The translations under genes were made by a program, and so were the position numbers. The notes beneath the pieces are model-generated. The model was given only the letters and a program-made list of their open reading frames with translations. It was not told the DNA's origin and did no database searches. A stretch of 32,000 nucleotides of DNA from Allgaiera indica (GTDB lineage: Bacteria; Pseudomonadota; Alphaproteobacteria; Rhodobacterales; Rhodobacteraceae). Below, piece by piece: positions 9,482 to 17,569 of this stretch. Within the stretch, counting starts at the first letter, position 1; each line of letters begins with the position of its first letter. The DNA lies in NCBI RefSeq assembly GCF_900106675.1, contig NZ_FNOB01000001.1:204531-236530 (forward strand). The letters are read 5' to 3'.

Positions 9482-10153
9482 TCAGGCCTCGATCCGGTAG
9501 CCGGAGCCGCGCACCGTCTTGATCAGTTCGTGGTCAAAGGGCTTGTCGATCTTGGCGCGCAGGCGGCTGATATGGGTTTCCACCACGTTGGTCTGCGGAT
9601 CGAAGGAAATGTCCCAGACCGCTTCCAGCAGCATGGTACGGGTCTGCACCCGGCCCTTGCGGCGCAGCAGATGTTCCAGCAGCGCGAATTCGCGCGGCAG
9701 CAGGTCGATCTCTTGTCCCGCGCGGGTGACGCGCCGGGCAAGCAGATCCATCTTCAGATCGCCCGCGCTCAGGACGGTGGTTTCCTCCTTCAGATGCGGG
9801 CGGCGGCCCAGGGCCTGGATCCGGGCCGAAAGCTCGCCGAAGGCGAAGGGCTTCACCAGATAGTCGTCGCCGCCGGCATTCAGGCCCTCTATCCGATCAT
9901 CGACCCCGCCCAGCGAGGTCAGGAACAACACCGGCGTGCGATTGTGGGCCGCGCGCAGGGCCTTTACCAGCGACATGCCGTCCAGCCCCGGCAGCATCCG
10001 GTCGATGATCATCACGTCATAATCGCCCGAGGTGGCGTGGATCAGCCCGTCGCGCCCTTCCGCGGTCAGGTCGACGGTGTGGCCCTCTTGGCGTAGGCCC
10101 TCGGCAATGTATTCCGACGTCGTCGCGTCGTCTTCCACGACCAGTATCTTCAT
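9482..10153 (-). CDS. OmpR/PhoB-family two-component response regulator
   Basis: MKILVVEDDATTSEYIAEGL; DVMIIDRMLPGLDG phospho-acceptor region; C-terminal winged helix DPQTNVVETHISRLRAKI...VRGSGYRIE. Start ATG at 10153. Confidence 0.95.
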   Translation of the reverse strand: MKILVVEDDATTSEYIAEGLRQEGHTVDLTAEGRDGLIHATSGDYDVMIIDRMLPGLDGMSLVKALRAAHNRTPVLFLTSLGGVDDRIEGLNAGGDDYLVKPFAFGELSARIQALGRRPHLKEETTVLSAGDLKMDLLARRVTRAGQEIDLLPREFALLEHLLRRKGRVQTRTMLLEAVWDISFDPQTNVVETHISRLRAKIDKPFDHELIKTVRGSGYRIEA

Positions 10154-10308
10154 GTCGTCCCCGGATCTGGGCTTGCGGCTGCCTTGCGCGGCGCGGGGCG
10201 CCTGTTCTGATGTCCTAGCTTCACTCGCCGCCGCGCGCCAGCCTTGCGGGGCATGCGCGTCGGGTGCCAGAGCGCGTCCGGCGCGGGCAGTCGGGTCCTT
10301 GCGGGGCA

Positions 10309-10560
10309 TCAGAACCGGGTGCTGCGGTCGGTGGCAGGGCCGGGGCCGGCATCGGGGCCGGGGCCGGGCCGGGCGCTGCGGCGATGGTCGCGCGGCAGCC
10401 GCAGGGTGATCGGGCGGGGGCCGGTCCCCAGCCAATAGGCGATCGCCGCCGCCGCGCTGCAGGCGAGCAGGGTGAAAAACACCAGCGTCCCGAGCCATAG
10501 CGCCGTCACCCCCGCCAACACCGCGAGGAAGCTCGCTAGATAGCCTTTGATCGTCTGCAT
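10309..10560 (-). CDS. Small predicted membrane protein (83 aa), unknown function
   Basis: Strong hydrophobic segment (LASFLAVLAGVTALWLGTLVFFTLLACSAAAAIAYWLG) followed by a Pro/Gly/Arg-rich low-complexity tail. Confidence 0.45.
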   Translation of the reverse strand: MQTIKGYLASFLAVLAGVTALWLGTLVFFTLLACSAAAAIAYWLGTGPRPITLRLPRDHRRSARPGPGPDAGPGPATDRSTRF

Positions 10561-10836
10561 CGGTGAGCCCTCCGAATGATCTTTGCTGCCCTACATCTGC
10601 GCGATCAAGCTTCCAGCGCGATTGTCCAAAGATTGCAAAACTGTAATCTGTGCGCGGAATCTCCCGGCCGCCGGGTCCAAGGCCAGCCCATGCGGCCGCC
10701 CGCCGGTGTTCGGTGCCCGCGCTTGACCGGCGCGATCATATCGGGAAGGGTCGAGACCGAAGCGCGCTGGCCGGGGCGCGGCGCATGCCCCGGCGCCCCG
10801 GCCAGCCGGCGGGACCTGCAGCCAAGAGGGGCCTGA

Positions 10837-12048
10837 ATGACCGAAACCGCGAAACCCAGGCAGGGTGGCAAGGGCAGCAAGAAAGGCAAGACGCGGCGGC
10901 GCAAACCCGCCCGCGCCCCGGCCGGTGCCCCGCCGGGGCGCATCGTCGCCCAGCCCGGCGCCCACGCGACACGGCTGTCTTTCACCGCCTTCCATCCGGG
11001 CGGGCTGAGCCATCCCGAGGATCTTGATGCGGCGCTGGCGATCCTGGCCGCGCCGCCGCCCTCTGCCGGGCAGGATGCCCCCGGCGGCGGGTTGTGGATC
11101 GATATCGTCGGCCTCGCCGATACCGCCCGGATCGAGTCGGTCTGCGCGCGGCTGGGCCTGCACACGCTGTCGGTCGCGGATATCTTCAGCACCGGGCAGC
11201 GTCCCAAGACCGAGATCTACGAGACCTACGTCCATGTCGTGCTGCGCCAGCCGCTGAGCACCACCCCCTATGTCGACGAACAGCTGACCCTGATCCTGGG
11301 CGACCGGTTCGTGCTGACGGTGCAGGAGCGTCCCGGCGACAGTTTCGATCCGGTGCGCCAGCGGCTGACGGTCGGCGGGCCGAGAATCCGCAGTTCTGCC
11401 GGCTATCTGGCCTATGCGCTGATGGATGCGCTCGTCGACGCCTATTTTCCGGTACTCGAAGCCTATGGCGAACGCACCGAGGAACTGGACGACCGGATCC
11501 TGGACGGCGCCGGCGATGGCGTGATCGGCGAAGTCCACAGCCTGCGGCGGGAATTGCTGTCCTTGCGGCACACGCTCTGGCCACAGCGCGAGGCGGTCTC
11601 GGCGCTGATGCGCCACGACGTGCCCTATGTGACCGAGGAACTGGCCACCTATTTGCGCGACGTGGCCGATCACTCCTCTCAGCTGATGGATATGGTCGAA
11701 GTCTATCGAGAGGTGGCACAGGGACTGGTCGATCTGCATCTGTCGATGATGTCGAATCGGATGAACGAGATCATGAAGGTGCTGACGATCATCGCCACGA
11801 TCTTCATCCCGATCACCTTTATCGCCGGTCTCTACGGGATGAACTTCTCGACCGAGTCCCCGTGGAACATGCCCGAGCTGAAATGGAAATACGGCTACCT
11901 CTATGCGCTGGGGCTGATGCTGTGCTCGACGGCGATCATGCTGTTCACCTTCTGGCGCCATGGCTGGATCGGCGGGCGGCAGAAGACCGGCGCCAGGACG
12001 CCCGAAAGCCAAGGCCACCAGCGCGGGCGACAGGACGGCGCGGGCTAG
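10837..12048 (+). CDS. corA: CorA-family magnesium/divalent cation transporter with basic N-terminal extension
   Basis: C-terminal FIAGLYGMNFSTESPWNMPELKWKYGY(L), the CorA GMN motif with two terminal TM helices. Confidence 0.93.
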   Translation: MTETAKPRQGGKGSKKGKTRRRKPARAPAGAPPGRIVAQPGAHATRLSFTAFHPGGLSHPEDLDAALAILAAPPPSAGQDAPGGGLWIDIVGLADTARIESVCARLGLHTLSVADIFSTGQRPKTEIYETYVHVVLRQPLSTTPYVDEQLTLILGDRFVLTVQERPGDSFDPVRQRLTVGGPRIRSSAGYLAYALMDALVDAYFPVLEAYGERTEELDDRILDGAGDGVIGEVHSLRRELLSLRHTLWPQREAVSALMRHDVPYVTEELATYLRDVADHSSQLMDMVEVYREVAQGLVDLHLSMMSNRMNEIMKVLTIIATIFIPITFIAGLYGMNFSTESPWNMPELKWKYGYLYALGLMLCSTAIMLFTFWRHGWIGGRQKTGARTPESQGHQRGRQDGAG

Positions 12049-12071
12049 CGCGGCCCATCTGGCCGCGCTAG
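12045..12071 (+). terminator. Perfect 11-bp inverted repeat (stem-loop) overlapping the corA stop codon
   Basis: CTAGCGCGGCC-CATCT-GGCCGCGCTAG; the stop TAG lies at 12046-12048 inside the left arm. No T-tract follows, so the terminator role is a guess. Confidence 0.5.
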
Positions 12072-12285
12072 GTGAGGCGCCCGCCGATCAAATGTGGGCC
12101 CTCCGCCGACCGCCGGCTTCACCCCGGCGCGGCGCGGGGCTCACGGGCGTCGTACACGCTGCCCCAAAGTTGATTGCAGATTTGTAACCTTGGCGACAGG
12201 GGGATGCGAAGCTGCCTTGGCATCTGTCATGCATCGCGTCGGAGCAGGCACGCCTGACCGACTGGCAGGAACAGGAGCAATGCTT

Positions 12286-13428
12286 ATGAATACCCCCACA
12301 CCGAAATCTCCTCGTCGGCGCCTGGCATCATTGGCCCTGGTCGCTGCGTTGGCCTCGTCCTCGGCGATGATCGCCGTGCCCTCGGCCAGCTTCGCCGAAC
12401 CGCCCGGAGGCTGGGCCAACCTGGTGCAGAAGGTCTCGCCCGCCGTGGTCTATATCGAGGTCACCGAAACGGCCGCGAAATCGCAGCAGGAAGAACAGCG
12501 GAACATGCCGGACTTCCCGTTCCAGGAGTTCAGCCGCCGCTTCGGCATTCCCTTCCCCGGCATGCCCCAGCAGCAGGCGCCGCAGGGCCGGATGCATGGC
12601 GTGGGCTCGGGCTTCATCATCAGCCCCGACGGCTACATCGTGACCAACAACCACGTCGTCGCGGGCGCGCAGACCATCAAGGTGAAGCTGACCGACGGCA
12701 AGGACTACACCGCGAAGGTGATCGGCCGCGATCCGGGCACCGATGTGGCATTGATCAAGATCGACGCGACGAACCTGCCCTTCGTCAAGTTCGGCTCATC
12801 GACCAAGATGCGCGTGGGCGATGACGTGATGGCGGTGGGCAATCCGTTCGGTCTGGGCGGCACCGTGACGTCTGGCATCATCTCGGCCAAGGCGCGCGAC
12901 ATCGGTGACGGCATCTATGGCGACTTCCTGCAGACCGACGCCGCGATCAACAAGGGCAATTCGGGCGGGCCGCTGTTCAATGAACAGGGCCAGGTGATCG
13001 GCATGAATACCGCGATCATCTCTCCGACCGGCGGCTCTGTCGGGATCGGCTTCGCGGTGCCTTCGGACATCGTGCAGAAGATCGTCGGTCAGCTAGAGCA
13101 CGGCGGCCGTGTCGATCGCGGTTGGCTGGGCGTTCAGATCCAAAGCGTTTCGCCCGACGTGGCGGCCGCGCTGGGAATGGACAAGCCCCAAGGTGCAATG
13201 ATCGCCGAGGTGATGCCGGACAGCCCGGCGATGAAGGCGGGTTTCAAGCGCGGCGACATCATCACCAAATTCGGCGCGACAGAGATCAAATCCGTGCACG
13301 ACCTGCCGCGCGCCGTGGGCATGACCGCTCCCAACACCCAAGCCCAGGTGCAGATCCTGCGCGCCGGCAAGCCGATGACGATCACAGTCGATGTCGGGCA
13401 GATGAAACAGACCCAGAAGAAAACCTGA
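12286..13428 (+). CDS. HtrA/DegP-family trypsin-like serine protease with a single C-terminal PDZ domain
   Basis: Catalytic segments NNHVVAG, GTDVALIKID, NKGNSGGPLFN; a single PDZ (GWLGVQIQSVSPDVAAALG...). Signal peptide. Starts at 12280 or 12286 are both possible. Confidence 0.92.
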   Translation: MNTPTPKSPRRRLASLALVAALASSSAMIAVPSASFAEPPGGWANLVQKVSPAVVYIEVTETAAKSQQEEQRNMPDFPFQEFSRRFGIPFPGMPQQQAPQGRMHGVGSGFIISPDGYIVTNNHVVAGAQTIKVKLTDGKDYTAKVIGRDPGTDVALIKIDATNLPFVKFGSSTKMRVGDDVMAVGNPFGLGGTVTSGIISAKARDIGDGIYGDFLQTDAAINKGNSGGPLFNEQGQVIGMNTAIISPTGGSVGIGFAVPSDIVQKIVGQLEHGGRVDRGWLGVQIQSVSPDVAAALGMDKPQGAMIAEVMPDSPAMKAGFKRGDIITKFGATEIKSVHDLPRAVGMTAPNTQAQVQILRAGKPMTITVDVGQMKQTQKKT

Positions 13429-13566
13429 TCGCGGTCGGACGCGGAAAATCGCCCGGGTGGCGCGGGTCTTGGCGCCTCCCGGATCCGGAATCGGGCCGGG
13501 CGAGCGTCTGTTCGAACTTCCCCGAAAGTCCCGTCCCCTCGGGACGACGCCATTCGGTCTGATGCG

Positions 13567-13598
13567 CGGGTCCGGCCCTTTCCCTAGGGTCGGGCCCG
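13567..13598 (+). terminator. Strong imperfect stem-loop in the convergent gap between the HtrA gene and tRNA-Thr
   Basis: CGGGTCCGGCCCT-TTCCCT-AGGGTCGGGCCCG forms a 13-bp stem with 2 G-U wobbles when read as + strand RNA. A smaller perfect hairpin GTCCCG-TCCCCT-CGGGAC lies at 13528-13545. Confidence 0.4.
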
Positions 13599-13713
13599 TT
13601 GCCGTTTCGGCGTCCTGGCCGCGGTCATGGCGGGGCCCTTGAACCGTTCGGGGCCACCGCTGCGCGCTCGCAGGGCGGCGGGTTCTTCTTGCATTCGCGG
13701 GCTCGGGAAGAAA

Positions 13714-13788
<75 letters not shown>

Positions 13789-13873
13789 GCCGGTGGGCGG
13801 CTGATTAGACGATGATGCCCCCCGGCGCAAGGGCAATCTGGACCCTTTTCGGCCGCTCTTGTAGGAAGGGCCC

Positions 13874-14038
13874 ATGGAGCAAAAACCCCGCAAGTCCGAC
13901 CCCACCGACAAGCCCGCGCCTTCGGCCCGCGAAGAGCGCCTGAAGGCAGCGCTGAAGGCCAATATCGCGCGGCGCAAGGCACAGGCGCGTGCGCAGGCGC
14001 AGGCACGCGGCGACGACAGCAACGACAAAACAACATGA
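13874..14038 (+). CDS. Small conserved-looking charged protein (54 aa) upstream of murA
   Basis: Not in the supplied ORF track. Reads [54 protein letters not shown], 10 nt before the murA start. Confidence 0.65.
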   Translation: MEQKPRKSDPTDKPAPSAREERLKAALKANIARRKAQARAQAQARGDDSNDKTT

Positions 14039-14048
14039 GGGCAGGCTG

Positions 14049-15317
14049 ATGGATTCCATTCTGGTACGGGGCGGCTCGGCGCTGAACGGTACGATCGAGA
14101 TCGCCGGGGCGAAGAACGCCTGCCTGGCGCTGATGCCGGCGACCCTTCTGTCGGAAGAGCCGCTGACCCTGACCAACGCGCCGCGGCTGTCCGATATCCG
14201 CACGATGACGCTGTTGCTGCAATCTCTGGGCGTCGAGGTGCAGGGGCTGCAGGGCGGCAAGGTGCAGGCGATGTCCTCGCATGGCGAGATTTCGCCGCTG
14301 GCCGATTACGACATCGTGCGCAAGATGCGGGCCTCGAACCTGGTGTTGGGGCCCTTGCTGGCGCGACTTGGCAAAGCGGTGGTGTCGCTGCCCGGCGGCT
14401 GCGCGATCGGGGCACGGCCGATGGATATCCATATCGACGCGCTCGAGGCTCTGGGCGCCGGGATCGAACTGCGCGATGGCTATCTGCACGCGACGGCGCC
14501 CGGCGGGCTGAAAGGGGCCAGCTACGCAATGCGCTTTGCCTCGGTCGGCGCGACCGAGAATTTCCTGATGGCGGCGGTGCTGGCCAAGGGGGGCTCGGTT
14601 CTGCGAAACGCCGCGCGTGAACCCGAGATCGTCGATCTGGCGAAATGCCTGCGCGCCATGGGGGCGCAGATCTCGGGCGAGGGGACCTCGACCATCGAGA
14701 TCCAGGGCGTGGACCGGCTGCATGGCGCCACCCACCCGGTGGTCGCCGACCGGATCGAGCTGGGCACCTACATGCTGGCCCCGGTAATCGCCGGCGGAGA
14801 GGTCGAGTGCCTCGGCGGCCGGCGCGACCTGATTGGCGCCTTCTGCGACAAGCTGGAGGCCGCGGGCGCCGAGATCGAGGAGACCGAGCGCGGGCTGAAG
14901 GTGGCGCGCAAGAATGGGCGCGCGCGCGCGGTTGACGTGGTCACCGCCCCCTTCCCGGGCTTCCCGACCGACCTGCAGGCGCAGATGATGGCATTGATGT
15001 GCACAGCCGAAGGCGTCAGCGTGCTGGAAGAGACGGTGTTCGAGAACCGCTTCATGCATGCGCCGGAACTGATGCGCATGGGGGCCGATATCGACGTCCA
15101 CGGTGGCCACGCCACGGTGACCGGGGTAGAGCGGCTGAAGGGTGCGCCGGTGATGGCGACGGATCTGCGCGCCAGCGTTTCGCTGATCTTGGCGGGGCTG
15201 GGCGCCGAGGGCGAGACGCTGGTCAGCCGGGTCTATCATCTTGACCGCGGCTATGAGCGGGTCGAGGAAAAGCTGGGCGCCTGCGGGGCGCAAGTGGAAC
15301 GGGTGAAGGGCCAATGA
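14049..15317 (+). CDS. murA: UDP-N-acetylglucosamine 1-carboxyvinyltransferase
   Basis: [35 protein letters not shown]-terminus; [17 protein letters not shown] with the catalytic Cys; ATNFLMAA-like segment ([12 protein letters not shown]). Confidence 0.97.
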   Translation: MDSILVRGGSALNGTIEIAGAKNACLALMPATLLSEEPLTLTNAPRLSDIRTMTLLLQSLGVEVQGLQGGKVQAMSSHGEISPLADYDIVRKMRASNLVLGPLLARLGKAVVSLPGGCAIGARPMDIHIDALEALGAGIELRDGYLHATAPGGLKGASYAMRFASVGATENFLMAAVLAKGGSVLRNAAREPEIVDLAKCLRAMGAQISGEGTSTIEIQGVDRLHGATHPVVADRIELGTYMLAPVIAGGEVECLGGRRDLIGAFCDKLEAAGAEIEETERGLKVARKNGRARAVDVVTAPFPGFPTDLQAQMMALMCTAEGVSVLEETVFENRFMHAPELMRMGADIDVHGGHATVTGVERLKGAPVMATDLRASVSLILAGLGAEGETLVSRVYHLDRGYERVEEKLGACGAQVERVKGQ

Positions 15318-15790
15318 GCGACGCACGGTTCGAGGACGGGGGAGAGAAGCCGCTCTATCTGGCGGCGCGGGATGCCGAGGATCTGCAGGTGCTGTCCTCG
15401 TTGGTACAGGACGCGGTCCTGACGGCCGGAGACATATCCTGGCAGAAAGGCCGGCGCCGGCTGGCGCTGCTGCTGAACCGCTTCCGCTGGGAGGACCACA
15501 AGGCCGCCCAGGTGGCGCGACGCCCATATGAGCGGGTGCGCGCGCTTCTGGTGGTCGAGGGCGCCCTGTCGGTGCGCACCCAGGGCATCGCGCGCGACGA
15601 CCGCGAGATGGTGCTGTCACTGCTGTCTGTCGCCTTCGAGCCGGGCGAGGACGGCGCCGGGCGCGTGGTGCTGACGCTGGCCGGCGACGGCGCGCTGGCG
15701 ATCGAGGTCGAGGCGCTGGAGGTGACGCTGAAGGACGTGACGCGGCCCTATGCGGCGGCCTCGCGCAAGCCGCCGGAGCATCCGGCCTAG
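15314..15790 (+). CDS. DUF2948 family protein
   Basis: Full-length match from memory: [26 protein letters not shown]...[18 protein letters not shown] overlap with murA. Confidence 0.9.
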   Translation: MSDARFEDGGEKPLYLAARDAEDLQVLSSLVQDAVLTAGDISWQKGRRRLALLLNRFRWEDHKAAQVARRPYERVRALLVVEGALSVRTQGIARDDREMVLSLLSVAFEPGEDGAGRVVLTLAGDGALAIEVEALEVTLKDVTRPYAAASRKPPEHPA

Positions 15791-15815
15791 GCAGGCCGGG
15801 GTGCCGATCTCGGCG

Positions 15816-15880
15816 CCGGGGGTTTCACACCCCCGGACCCCCGTGGAGTATTTCCACCAAGGCGAACATCAAGAAGCGCC
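15816..15880 (+). repeat. Composite intergenic element: CCGGGGG-TTTCACA-CCCCCGG hairpin plus GTGGA-GTATT-TCCAC hairpin and tail
   Basis: Perfect 7-bp stem at 15816-15836 and perfect 5-bp stem at 15843-15857, 25 nt after the DUF2948 stop. Confidence 0.6.
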
Positions 15881-15890
15881 CATTGCTTGC

Positions 15891-15913
15891 TTTCATTGTT
15901 CCTCAAATACGCC
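15891..15913 (+). repeat. 23-bp gene-end repeat, copy 3
   Basis: TTTCATTGTTCCTCAAATACGCC, 100 nt after the DUF2948 stop, sense orientation; followed by GGGGGC-AGC-GCCCCC hairpin at 15923-15937. Confidence 0.75.
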
Positions 15914-16142
15914 GGGGGAGCAGGGGGCAGCGCCCCCGCCTGCCGGCCGGCCTGCGCTTTGCCCTTGCCAGCCCGGCCCCCGCGCCGCATCTTGGCGCCC
16001 GAGCCGGTGGCGATGGCGTCGCCAAGGGGGCCGGTCGCGCCCCGGGCTTGGCGGCATCCGGTATCCGGCCCGCCCTCGTCCTGCACGCCGGGACCTTTCG
16101 GGGCCCGGGCGGACGCCAGGCCCTCAACCTAAGGTCTGAACG

Positions 16143-17354
16143 ATGAACACCAAACGCCCCGCCTTCTATCGCTTCGCCAACGGTGACAAGGCCCCGCTGC
16201 CCTTCGCGCCCGAGGAATACGAAGACCGCATCGCCGGACTGCGCGACATCCTGGATCTGCATTCGCTCGACGCCGCGGTCCTGACCTCGATGCACAACAT
16301 CGCCTATTATTCGGGCTTCCTCTATTGCAGCTTCGGGCGTCCTTATGCCTGCGTCGTTACCCGCGACGCCTGCGTCACGATCAGCGCGGGCATCGACGCG
16401 GGCCAGCCCTGGCGCCGCTGCCATGGCGAAAGCCTGACCTATACCGACTGGACGCGCGACAATTTCTGGCGCGCGGTAGCCCATGTGACGGGCGAGGGCC
16501 GCGCGCTGGGGTTCGAGGCCGATCATCTGACGCTGGTGCAGTCGGAAAAGATCAATGCCTTCCTGAAGCCGGCGCGCGGCATGGATATCTCGCCCGCCAC
16601 GATGCAGCAGCGCATGGTGAAAAGCCCCGCCGAGATCGACCTGATCCGCGCCGGCGCCGCGGTGGCGGATGTCGGCGGCTACGCGATCCGCGACGCGATC
16701 CGCGAGGGCACGCGCGAGATCGACATAGCCATGGCCGGCCGCGACGCGATGGAGCTGGAGATCGCCAAGCGCTTCCCCGATGCCGAATACCGCGACACCT
16801 GGGTCTGGTTCCAGTCGGGGCCGAACACCGACGGCGCCCACAACCCGGTGACGGCGCGCAAGCTGAGGCGCGGCGATATCCTGTCGCTCAACGCCTTCCC
16901 GATGATCTCGGGCTATTACACCGCGCTGGAACGCACGCTTTTCGTGGGCGAGGTCGACGCCGCCAGCCAGGGCTACTGGCAGGCGAACGTGGCCGCGCAT
17001 GAATACGGGATGAGCCTGCTCAAGCCCGGTGCCTCCTGCGCCGAGGTGACGGCGCAGATCAACGCCTTCCTGGCCGAGCGCGACCTGCTGCAATACCGCA
17101 CTTTCGGATATGGTCACAGCTTCGGCCTGCTCAGCCATTACTATGGCCGCGAGGCCGGGCTGGAACTGCGTGAGGATATCGACACGGTGCTGGAGCCGGG
17201 AATGGTGATCTCGATGGAGCCGATGCTGACCATCCCCGAGGGCCGGCCCGGCGCCGGCGGCTACCGCGAGCATGACATCCTGGTGATCGGAGAGGACGGG
17301 TCCGAGGACATCACCGGCTTCCCCTACGGCCCCGAGGCCAACGTCCTGGCGTAA
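16143..17354 (+). CDS. Creatinase (creatine amidinohydrolase), M24/pita-bread fold
   Basis: Long near-identical stretches to remembered Pseudomonas creatinase: HNIAYYSGFLYCSFGRPYA, WFQSGPNTDGAHNPVTARKL, LQYRTFGYGHSFGLLSHYYGREAGLELREDIDTVLEPGMVISMEPM, PGAGGYREHDIL. Confidence 0.93.
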   Translation: MNTKRPAFYRFANGDKAPLPFAPEEYEDRIAGLRDILDLHSLDAAVLTSMHNIAYYSGFLYCSFGRPYACVVTRDACVTISAGIDAGQPWRRCHGESLTYTDWTRDNFWRAVAHVTGEGRALGFEADHLTLVQSEKINAFLKPARGMDISPATMQQRMVKSPAEIDLIRAGAAVADVGGYAIRDAIREGTREIDIAMAGRDAMELEIAKRFPDAEYRDTWVWFQSGPNTDGAHNPVTARKLRRGDILSLNAFPMISGYYTALERTLFVGEVDAASQGYWQANVAAHEYGMSLLKPGASCAEVTAQINAFLAERDLLQYRTFGYGHSFGLLSHYYGREAGLELREDIDTVLEPGMVISMEPMLTIPEGRPGAGGYREHDILVIGEDGSEDITGFPYGPEANVLA

Positions 17355-17435
17355 GCGCAGCGCATTTCTTCTTCACGTCCGGCGGTCCTTGGGTCGGCGC
17401 GAAAACGGGCGAACAGGGCGCGTCGGACGTGTCAC

Positions 17436-17462
17436 GGAACTGGCGTGATGATTGTTGCGTTG
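17436..17462 (+). promoter_or_regulatory. Candidate ECF (EcfG-like) promoter, GGAAC-N17-CGTTG
   Basis: GGAAC at 17436-17440 and CGTTG at 17458-17462, ~108 nt before the L,D-transpeptidase start. Motif match only. Confidence 0.3.
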
Positions 17463-17569
17463 CGGCAAGGCAGCTTCGCACCGTAAAAGAATATGTCGGG
17501 CTTGACGCCAAACTTGCTTCATGGCGCTGATGCGCAAGTTCCGACCCGAGTTGAAGAAAGGACGCCCGG

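Noticed and set aside
7659-9500. 613-aa ORF antisense to the histidine kinase
   Set aside because: Same high-GC shadow ORF pattern; the opposite strand has complete kinase motifs.
10591-12018. 475-aa ORF antisense to corA
   Set aside because: Shadow ORF; CorA GMN motif on the + strand is decisive.
8070-13428. Idea that HK/RR, CorA and HtrA form one envelope-stress system
   Set aside because: Genes are on opposite strands with sizeable gaps and no shared motif found by eye; adjacency alone is weak, so not listed as a system.
15903-17273. 456-aa ORF antisense to creatinase
   Set aside because: Shadow ORF running through the repeat island; no recognisable motif.
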